Below, piece by piece: positions 56,677 to 64,000 of a stretch of DNA of 64,000 nucleotides. Position numbers and translations under genes: made by a program. Position 1 is the stretch's first letter; every line of letters begins with the position of its first letter. The notes beneath the pieces were generated by a model. It had not been told where the DNA came from. It saw only the letters and a program-made list of their open reading frames with translations, and made no database searches. Location of the stretch: NCBI GenBank assembly GCA_965197905.1, contig CBDAOB010000003.1:1056001-1120000 (forward strand), read 5' to 3'. Source of the DNA: Candidatus Latescibacterota bacterium. GTDB taxonomy: Bacteria; Latescibacterota; UBA2968; UBA8231.

Positions 56677-58269
56677 ATGAACGAGATGACTTCCGGAGCA
56701 ACGCCGACACCAACGTCCCTGCGACAAGACCAGCAGGACATCGACGATCTGGCTACCGGGGCTCTGGTAAATTTCCTGGGTAAGGCAGCCCGGATTTCGC
56801 GAGGCGGATTTATCTGGGTTGTCACCCTCCTGTGCGGCCTCGAGGTTCAGGCGCTGTACTCGCTCACGTGGGGATTCGTATCCACCCTCAACAAGATCGG
56901 ACGTTTCGGCCTGCAACGCGGTGTCGTACGCCATCTGATCGAGGCGCGGGCGCGCGACGAGGAGCAGGGAGCCGAGCTGGCGGTCGCGGCAGCCCTCCGG
57001 TTGGGCTTGCTGGTCAGCTGCGGAGTAACGGTGCTGATGTTCGCGACCGCCGGATGGGTCGAATCGTTCTACGGCAAGCCGATCGCCGCCTCGCTGCGGA
57101 TCATGGCTTTCTCGACGCCCTTCATGTCTGCCGCATGGACCCTTGGGTCGGCGATAAGGGCGCTCCGCATCATGCGCTACAACGTCTACGTCATGTCCAT
57201 TTGCGGGCCCTTGTTCCTCCTTGGGGGCGGTCTCGCAATAGGATTCTCATACCCGACCCTGGAAAGCATCGCCTGGGTGCAGCTGGCGATGACCGCGGTA
57301 GTCAGCTTGCTATCGGCGTACTACTACCGTCGATTCTATTCGATGCGCACTACCTTGCTACACCTGTTTGCGGCGCCCTCCTGGAAATCGCTGGCGCGTT
57401 TTTCCTTCCCCGTAATGATTACGGACCTTTTGCGGGCGCTGTTGACCCAGCTGGATGTCCTCATGTTGGGCCGCTTCGTACCTCAAGATCAGATCTATCT
57501 GGTAGGTGTATACGTTCTTGCCCGTCGGCTCGCCAGTTCCGTGCTCAAGGCGCCTCAAGCGGTGGATCCGATTTTCAGCCCGGTTGTAAGCGAGTTGGCT
57601 GTGCAGGAACGGTTCGCCGAGTTGGTCCAGCGCTTTGTCGTCATTTCCCGCTGGATCTTGTTAGTTAATCTGCCAATCTTCGCGACCATTTTGACCGTAG
57701 GCGACACCTTGCTGCCGTTGATCGCCGGCACTGGGGCACTGACCCTGGCCGAAATGGAGGTCGGCATCGAGATTCTTTACATCCTCTGCGCTGGCATGAC
57801 CGTGTTTTCTGCGTTCTCGTCGATCGGGTCTTTGCTGACCATGTCTGGCCGGCCCTACTTGAACATGGTCAACAACGTCGTCTGGCTGGCCGCCAATTTC
57901 CTGCTCAACTTGTGGTTTATCGGTCACTTTGGTATCATCGGCGCCGCACTGGGCGCCACCCTGTCCCGCTTCCTGGTCAACGCCCTGTGGATCGGCGAGG
58001 TCTACGGCATCCACGACATCCTGCCGTTCCATCGCTCGCAGGCGAAACCTCTGCTGGCGGCAGCCGTTGGCGCCGTCGCGGGATGGTTCCTAGGGCAAGC
58101 GTTGCCCGAACCTCTCTGGTCGGCGGCGGGATTTCTGCTAGGTTTCCTCGCCTCGTACTTCCTGGTGCTGTTCGGGCTTGGAATCGAGAGCGAGGAGCGC
58201 CAGGTCTTTGCTCGTTTTGGCGCGCGCGCGATGCGGTGCTGCGGTCTATTGCGGTTGGTGCGTTCCTAA
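56677..58269 (+). CDS. Wzx/MOP-superfamily polysaccharide flippase
   Basis: About 14 TM helices; FSFP, QLDVLMLG, VGVY..A, LNLWFI..FGIIGAALG. Confidence 0.85.
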   Translation: MNEMTSGATPTPTSLRQDQQDIDDLATGALVNFLGKAARISRGGFIWVVTLLCGLEVQALYSLTWGFVSTLNKIGRFGLQRGVVRHLIEARARDEEQGAELAVAAALRLGLLVSCGVTVLMFATAGWVESFYGKPIAASLRIMAFSTPFMSAAWTLGSAIRALRIMRYNVYVMSICGPLFLLGGGLAIGFSYPTLESIAWVQLAMTAVVSLLSAYYYRRFYSMRTTLLHLFAAPSWKSLARFSFPVMITDLLRALLTQLDVLMLGRFVPQDQIYLVGVYVLARRLASSVLKAPQAVDPIFSPVVSELAVQERFAELVQRFVVISRWILLVNLPIFATILTVGDTLLPLIAGTGALTLAEMEVGIEILYILCAGMTVFSAFSSIGSLLTMSGRPYLNMVNNVVWLAANFLLNLWFIGHFGIIGAALGATLSRFLVNALWIGEVYGIHDILPFHRSQAKPLLAAAVGAVAGWFLGQALPEPLWSAAGFLLGFLASYFLVLFGLGIESEERQVFARFGARAMRCCGLLRLVRS

Positions 58270-58327
58270 AGCTCCAGACGGGTGGGCAGACCAGCCGGCA
58301 GTTTCACCTCCATCGAAAGGTTTCTTA

Positions 58328-59107
58328 GTGAGAAACAGCAAAGTCCTGAAGAAAATCCGCAGCGGTGACTGCGCCCGTATCTGCGGGCTTGGCCACTACA
58401 TGCCGTTCTACATCCGCTTCGCCGCACTCAACCGCTATGACGGTATCTGGCTGGACCTTGAGCATCGTGCCATGGATAATCGCGAAGTGCAAAGTCTGCT
58501 GGCGCTGATGCGACACAACGACATCGATTGCATGCTTCGTCCGCCGACCCGGGATCGCACCCGTCTCTACCGCTATATGGAAGACGGAGCCACCGGATTC
58601 ATGTTTCCGTTTGTGGACGACGCCGAGACCGCCCGCAGCCTGGTGGAGATCGTGAAATATCCGCCTATGGGGAATCGCGGTATCGACGGCGCCGGCCTCG
58701 ATGCCGACTACGGTCTCGACCACTTCCTCGCCAAGGACTCCACCTACCTGGAGGATGCCAACCGGGAGACCTTTATCGTGGCGCAGATCGAAACACCCAC
58801 TGCTTTGTCGAATCTGGACGAAATCGCCCAGGTCGAAGGCATCGATGTTCTTTTCGTGGGGCCGGGGGATCTGGGTGCCCGACTGGCGCACTCCGATATG
58901 GGCGATCTAGACGGGGCCATCGCGAAAGTGGCGGCGGCGGCAAAAAGCAACGGCAAAGCTTGGGGCATTCCCGCCGGCGCGCCCGAGGCGATCGAAAAGT
59001 ACCACACCCTTGGTGCCCAGGTGATGAGCAATTGCGGAGACTTCGGGGTGGTGAAGCTATTGGAATCCGGGGCCGCGGATTTTGACCGCATCGTGGGCGG
59101 CTCCTGA
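58328..59107 (+). CDS. HpcH/HpaI aldolase family
   Basis: WLDLEH, KYPPMGNRG, QIET, GIDVLFVGPGDL. Confidence 0.9.
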   Translation: MRNSKVLKKIRSGDCARICGLGHYMPFYIRFAALNRYDGIWLDLEHRAMDNREVQSLLALMRHNDIDCMLRPPTRDRTRLYRYMEDGATGFMFPFVDDAETARSLVEIVKYPPMGNRGIDGAGLDADYGLDHFLAKDSTYLEDANRETFIVAQIETPTALSNLDEIAQVEGIDVLFVGPGDLGARLAHSDMGDLDGAIAKVAAAAKSNGKAWGIPAGAPEAIEKYHTLGAQVMSNCGDFGVVKLLESGAADFDRIVGGS

Positions 59108-59121
59108 CGGAGAGCCCGTCC

Positions 59122-59628
59122 GTGAGGTATCCCGTAGAGATTCTGGAGGCCACCTGCATCGTGGCCTTAGCGTCCCTGTCCAGCTGCGTTCCTCCTCCGT
59201 TCACGCGGACCTCCACGTTGCCCGCCGAAGAAGAGATTGAGCAAACGGCCTCTTCCCTTGTCGGAACCTGGGAGAGCACTCATCAGAGCCCGCCCCTGGG
59301 GCACAGATTGGTTTTGATGGACACGGATATCTTCGTCTACGAGCTTCGACCCGCTTCGGGGAAGCCGTCCGGCGCCAGCATGGCGACGGGCCGCTGGAAG
59401 TCGGAGGATCACGGTCTGCTGAAACTCATGCTGGTCGACATGAAAGAGAGCGGCAAGTACGGTAGCTATAGCGGTATCGTCGGCGTCGTCAGCGACGACA
59501 CGGCGACCCGCGAGCTTTTGCGCGACGGCATCTCCACGTTTTCGTTTGAAGTGACACCCAGCCGGCTGCATGTCAGCCACGACGGCACTCGTTACACCTA
59601 CCGCCGGGATACCTCCGAGACCAACTGA
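59122..59628 (+). CDS. Hypothetical lipoprotein
   Basis: Lipobox-like LASLSSC followed by LVGTW (lipocalin-like start). Confidence 0.6.
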   Translation: MRYPVEILEATCIVALASLSSCVPPPFTRTSTLPAEEEIEQTASSLVGTWESTHQSPPLGHRLVLMDTDIFVYELRPASGKPSGASMATGRWKSEDHGLLKLMLVDMKESGKYGSYSGIVGVVSDDTATRELLRDGISTFSFEVTPSRLHVSHDGTRYTYRRDTSETN

Positions 59629-59649
59629 TCCCGGCTTCTCACCGAGGTC

Positions 59650-62097
59650 ATGGCAGAGAACGCGCGTCTGGTAATCATCGGAGCCGGCATTGTCGGCTGC
59701 AGTGCGGCCTACCACCTCACACGTCTCGGCTGGCGCGACATCGTGGTGGTGGATCAGGGGCCTCTCTTCGCTACCGGAGGGTCCTCTTCTCACGCCCCGG
59801 GACTGGTCTTCCAGACCAACTTCAACCGCACCATGACCCACCTGTCGCGCAACACCGTGGATCTCTACAACCGGATCGAGCTGGACGATCAACCGGGCTT
59901 CTATCCGGTGGGCAGTCTTGAGATTGCGGTTACGCCGGAGCGTTGGACCGACCTGAAACGCAAACTGGGGGCTGCCAGGGCGTGGGGGTTGGAAGCCGAG
60001 CTGGTGACCCCGGAGAGAGTTGCTGAGCTGATTCCACTTATCGATCCAGCAACGATCCATGGCGCCTATCATGTGCCTAGCGACGGCATTGCCAAGGCCG
60101 TGCGGCTGTGCGAGGCGATGGCGAACGCCTCCGCGGGTGGAGCGCGCTTCCAGGGACGGACCGCGGTCACCGGGTTCGATTTCAGAATCGGAAGGGTAGG
60201 TGCGGTCCACACCACGGCCGGACCCATCCACACCGAACAGGTGCTTCTGTGCGCCGGCTTCTGGGGACCGCTCATCGGCCGAATGGTAGGGATCTCCATT
60301 CCATTGACACCGGCTCAGCACTTGTACGCGCTGACCAAACCCCTGCCGGAACTCGCCGGGGAAACGCGGGAAGTCATTCACCCGGTCCTGCGCCATCAGG
60401 ATCGCTCGATGTACTTTCGCCACCAGGAAGATCGGTACGGCTTAGGCAGCTATCGGCACGAACCGCTGCTGGTGGATCCAGATGAGATCGCGAGTCCGAA
60501 AGAGGCGGAGGTGATGCCCTCCATCATGCCGTTTACGCCCGAGCATTTCGAGCCGGCGCTTACCGCTACCAGAGAGCTGCTGCCGGCGGTGGGACGAGCT
60601 GAGTTGGACTACAAGATCAACGGCATCTTCTCCTTTACGCCGGACGGCCTACCGCTGGTCGGTGAGTCTCAGGAGATCCGCGGTTTCTGGGTCGCCGAGG
60701 CGGTCTGGGTTACCCATGGGGGTGGTGTCGGGCGCGCCGTGGCGGAGTGGATGGTCGACGGCACCCCGCGGATGGATCTCCACGAGATCGATCTGAATCG
60801 CTTCGGTCCCCACGCTCACAGCCGCGAATACGTTCGCGCCCGTGGGGCGCAACAGTATCGCGAGGTGTACGACATAATTCATCCGTTGCAACCGCTGCAG
60901 TACCCCCGCGACCTGCGGCTGAGTCCGTTTCACCAGCAACTCAAGCAGCTGGGGGCGATCTTCTTCGAAAACGCCGGGTGGGAGCGACCCCAGTGGTTCG
61001 CTTCAAACAGCGAACTATCGACAGATGAGACCTGGCCTGGCAGAGCAGGTTGGGCGGCGCAACATTGGTCGCCGCTTCAAGGGGCCGAGCACCACGCGGT
61101 TCGCCAAAGGGTCGGTCTGTTCGATCTCAGCCCCTTCACGAAGATCGAGGTCAGTGGTGATGCAGCGCTGTGGTACCTGGAACAGATATCCAGCAACAGG
61201 ATCGACCGGCCAGTGGGCACGATCGTCTACACCTCCATGCTCGACAGGCGAGGAGGAATCCAATGCGATCTAACGGTAACCCGCCTGGGCGCCGACCGAT
61301 TCCTGGTGCTCACCGGCGCCGGCACCGGCCCCCGCGACCTGGCCTGGATGCGCACCCACCTGCCATCTGATGGATCGGCGATCATCAATGACCTCACATC
61401 CACTTACTGCGGCATCGGTCTGTGGGGGCCCAAGGCGCGGGACGTATTGCAGCGGGTCACGTCACAGCCGGTTTCGAATGACGATTTTCCGTACTTCACC
61501 GCGAAGCAGTTGGAGATCGGTTTTGTGCCGGTCTGGGCGTTGCGACTTTCCTATGTCGGAGAATTGGGATGGGAGATCTACGCGGAGACCGAATATGCCG
61601 CGAAGCTGTGGGCCACCCTGTGGGAATCAGGAAATAATGACGGCATGATTCCATTTGGAGGCGCCGCCTTCGATTCGTTACGACTGGAGAAAGGATACCG
61701 ATTGTGGGGTGTGGATATGGACGCGGGACATACCCCGCTGGAGGCTGGCATAGGTTGGGCCGTAAGCTACGAAAAGGAGGCGTTTCTAGGGCGCGAGTCG
61801 TTGATGGCAGTGCGCGCCGAAGGGCCGAAACGTCGGCTTTCCTGTTTGGTTCTCGACGACCCCGGTGTTGCGGTTTTGGGCAAGGAACCCATCTGGGCAG
61901 GCAACCGGGTGGTTGGTTTTGTGACCAGCGCCAACTTCGGGTACACCGTCGGTGAATCGATCGCTTACGGGTACCTGCCCGTTGAGCTATCCGGACTTGG
62001 CACTGCCGTCGAGATAGAATATTTCGACGAGCGTTTCACAGCTTCCGTGGTCCGGGAGCCACGATTCGACCGTCGGCGAAAACGCCTTACCTGTTGA
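59650..62097 (+). CDS. Dimethylglycine oxidase/dehydrogenase-type flavoprotein (FAD domain plus GcvT folate domain)
   Basis: IIGAGIVG, GGSSSHAPG (His for covalent flavin), NGIFSFTPDG, EAVWVTH, GWERP, LSYVGELGWE and SLRLEKGY. Confidence 0.88.
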   Translation: MAENARLVIIGAGIVGCSAAYHLTRLGWRDIVVVDQGPLFATGGSSSHAPGLVFQTNFNRTMTHLSRNTVDLYNRIELDDQPGFYPVGSLEIAVTPERWTDLKRKLGAARAWGLEAELVTPERVAELIPLIDPATIHGAYHVPSDGIAKAVRLCEAMANASAGGARFQGRTAVTGFDFRIGRVGAVHTTAGPIHTEQVLLCAGFWGPLIGRMVGISIPLTPAQHLYALTKPLPELAGETREVIHPVLRHQDRSMYFRHQEDRYGLGSYRHEPLLVDPDEIASPKEAEVMPSIMPFTPEHFEPALTATRELLPAVGRAELDYKINGIFSFTPDGLPLVGESQEIRGFWVAEAVWVTHGGGVGRAVAEWMVDGTPRMDLHEIDLNRFGPHAHSREYVRARGAQQYREVYDIIHPLQPLQYPRDLRLSPFHQQLKQLGAIFFENAGWERPQWFASNSELSTDETWPGRAGWAAQHWSPLQGAEHHAVRQRVGLFDLSPFTKIEVSGDAALWYLEQISSNRIDRPVGTIVYTSMLDRRGGIQCDLTVTRLGADRFLVLTGAGTGPRDLAWMRTHLPSDGSAIINDLTSTYCGIGLWGPKARDVLQRVTSQPVSNDDFPYFTAKQLEIGFVPVWALRLSYVGELGWEIYAETEYAAKLWATLWESGNNDGMIPFGGAAFDSLRLEKGYRLWGVDMDAGHTPLEAGIGWAVSYEKEAFLGRESLMAVRAEGPKRRLSCLVLDDPGVAVLGKEPIWAGNRVVGFVTSANFGYTVGESIAYGYLPVELSGLGTAVEIEYFDERFTASVVREPRFDRRRKRLTC

Positions 62098-62287
62098 GAT
62101 CAACAGGGCTGCCGTGCGTATCGCGCACGAGCTGGAGTCGAAGACACCTGGCGGCCGGAATCATCTGTCTCACCTTGAAATACGAGGAGTATGTCGTGTA
62201 GGGGGGTTGTGTCGTATCTGGAATAGTGTATCCTTCACCCTTCTTTGTTTTCTCCGATGTCAACGAACACAACGATCGGAACGATAC

Positions 62288-63196
62288 ATGACCGGGCGCG
62301 GCGTACCCACGTCTTCACCCCCCACCAAGAACCAGAGAATCGACGTAATCAGTACCAAATCCTATTCCAGGATCGTGCGAACGGCGCAGGAGTATTACAA
62401 CAGCGACGACGCCGAGGCGTTCTACTCAACGATATGGGGCGGCGAGAACATCCACATCGGAATCTACGAGCAGGAATCCGATTCTGTCGCCGCCGCCAGC
62501 GAGCGGACGGTGGACAGCCTAGCGCGGCAGCTCGAGCCGTTGGACGCGGCGCATCGCGTGCTCGACCTGGGGTCTGGTTACGGAGGCACCGGGCGTTTCC
62601 TCGCGCGTCGCTACGGCTGTAACGTGTTGGGCGTGAATCTGAGCGAGGTGGAAAACAGGCGAGCCCGGAGTTTGAATTCGGAGCAAGGCCTGCAGAGCAA
62701 AGTCACTATCGTCGACGGCAACTTCGAGTCTGTGGATGCCCCCGACTGTAGCTTTGATGCTGTCTGCTCCCAAGATGCCATGCTGCACAGCGGCGAGCGT
62801 TCTGAGGTTGTTGCCGAAGCGGCGCGGGTGCTCAAACCCGGCGGTGTTTTCGCCTTTTGCGACATCATGCAAGCCGATACCTGTCCCGCCGGCGTGCTGC
62901 AGCCCATCCTCGATCGAATTTATCTGAGCTCCCTGGGAGCACCGGCCGCCTATCGCGAGGCCGCGGCCGCGTCCGGGCTAGTGGAAGACCGGTTCGAGGA
63001 CCTGACGCCACACCTGATCACCCACTTCGCGAGGATCCTGCACGAGACCGAGACTAAGGAAGGGCAGCTTCGGGGACGCGTCAGCAAGGATTACCTGCAG
63101 CACATGAACGAGGGATTGTCCCATTGGGTCGACGGGGGCCGCAAGAGGTACCTCGTTTGGGGGATCTTTACCTTTCGCAAAAACGGCGTCGCGTGA
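62288..63196 (+). CDS. Sarcosine/dimethylglycine N-methyltransferase (SDMT-like)
   Basis: YYNSDDAEAFY..IWGGENIHIGIY, LDLGSGYGG, SQDAMLHSG, LQPILDRI.L.SLG and GL.HWV.GG....L.WG. Confidence 0.85.
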   Translation: MTGRGVPTSSPPTKNQRIDVISTKSYSRIVRTAQEYYNSDDAEAFYSTIWGGENIHIGIYEQESDSVAAASERTVDSLARQLEPLDAAHRVLDLGSGYGGTGRFLARRYGCNVLGVNLSEVENRRARSLNSEQGLQSKVTIVDGNFESVDAPDCSFDAVCSQDAMLHSGERSEVVAEAARVLKPGGVFAFCDIMQADTCPAGVLQPILDRIYLSSLGAPAAYREAAAASGLVEDRFEDLTPHLITHFARILHETETKEGQLRGRVSKDYLQHMNEGLSHWVDGGRKRYLVWGIFTFRKNGVA

Positions 63197-64000
63197 GCCG
63201 AGACGGCGATACCCCATCGGGCGGATCACGTTTCGAAATTCACCCCACCGTATTCTGGGCCTCCTCCGGGTTAGCCGTCTTCTTCGCTGTCTTCAGCCTG
63301 TTGAACCTGAGCCAGATGACCAGCATCTTCGATGCGGTCCTCGGGTTCGTCACTGCGAGCGCCGGGTGGTTCTTCGTTCTTTGCGTCAACATCTATCTCG
63401 CCGTGGTTCTGTTCCTGCTGTTCAGCCGCCATGGTAAGATCCGGCTAGGTGGCGACGATGCCAGGCCCGACTTCACCTACTGGGGCTGGTTGTCGATGCT
63501 GTTCAGCGCCGGCATGGGCATTGGCCTGATGTTCTGGAGTGTGGCCGAGCCGATCTACCATTTCACCAGCCCGCCGTGGGGCGAACCGGAAACGGCGGAG
63601 GCAGCGAGCCTGGCCATGGGCATCACTTTCTTCCACTGGGGCTTCCATGCCTGGGGGCTCTATGGCCTGATGGCCCTGGCCCTGGCCTACTTCGCCTACA
63701 ACCGCGGCCTGCCGCTGACGGTGCGCTCCGCGTTTTATCCACTGCTGGGCGACCGGATCCACGGCCGGGCAGGGGACGTGATCGATACTCTGGCCACGCT
63801 GGCCACCCTTTTCGGATTGGCCACCTCCCTGGGGCTCGGAGCGCAGCAGGTAAACGCCGGCATCGCGCACCTGTTCGACATCCCCAAGTCGGTCACGATT
63901 CAAGTCATACTAATCGCCGCAATCACCGTCATGGCGACCATCTCAGTGGTACTCGGCGTCGATCGAGGAATCCGCCGACTGAGCCAGCTCAATGTCATCA
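63193..64000 (+). CDS. BCCT-family betaine/choline/carnitine transporter, 3'-truncated; absent from the ORF track
   Basis: GTGA overlap with SDMT; translates to GKIRLGG...WLSMLFSAGMGIGLMFWSVAEP, FFHWGFHAW and FGLATSLGLG. Confidence 0.92.
   Translation, partial: MSRDGDTPSGGSRFEIHPTVFWASSGLAVFFAVFSLLNLSQMTSIFDAVLGFVTASAGWFFVLCVNIYLAVVLFLLFSRHGKIRLGGDDARPDFTYWGWLSMLFSAGMGIGLMFWSVAEPIYHFTSPPWGEPETAEAASLAMGITFFHWGFHAWGLYGLMALALAYFAYNRGLPLTVRSAFYPLLGDRIHGRAGDVIDTLATLATLFGLATSLGLGAQQVNAGIAHLFDIPKSVTIQVILIAAITVMATISVVLGVDRGIRRLSQLNVI

Noticed and set aside
59167..60423. 418-aa antisense ORF
   Set aside because: Shadow of the DMG oxidase and lipoprotein genes; not protein-family-like.
62098..62287. 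Riboswitch (SAM/glycine/THF) upstream of SDMT
   Set aside because: Only short hairpins are present; I could not match any conserved aptamer core by eye. An Rfam scan would settle it.

Overview
A GC-rich, densely coding bacterial window with about 45 genes. I saw no rRNA, tRNA, CRISPR array, transposase or phage gene. An 'LFQNYPNPFNPST' FlgD-Ig/sorting-type domain, repeated PhyH dioxygenases, aldo-keto reductases and many uncharacterised beta-propeller proteins suggest an FCB-superphylum candidate lineage such as Latescibacterota (inference only). Main contents: (1) two clearly paralogous ~1000-aa exported proteins of unknown function with a conserved Asp-rich, probably Ca-binding, core and an amphipathic beta-strand C-terminus; (2) five members of one uncharacterised glycosidase-like propeller plus beta-sandwich family; (3) sugar-acid and small-molecule catabolic enzymes (uxuA, enolase-family dehydratase, HpcH aldolase, FAH, SlcC-like, Ldh_2); (4) korAB, selO, SMUG1 and MscS; (5) a sulfotransferase/GT4/flippase surface-glycan cluster; (6) a dimethylglycine oxidase, sarcosine/dimethylglycine methyltransferase and BCCT transporter cluster; (7) a divergent locus with a near-consensus sigma-54 promoter and a small secreted EF-hand protein with a Cys/His-rich tail. 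Five +1 frameshifts cluster at 10.4-17.4 kb and may be sequencing errors. All calls come from reading motifs by eye; no searches were run.
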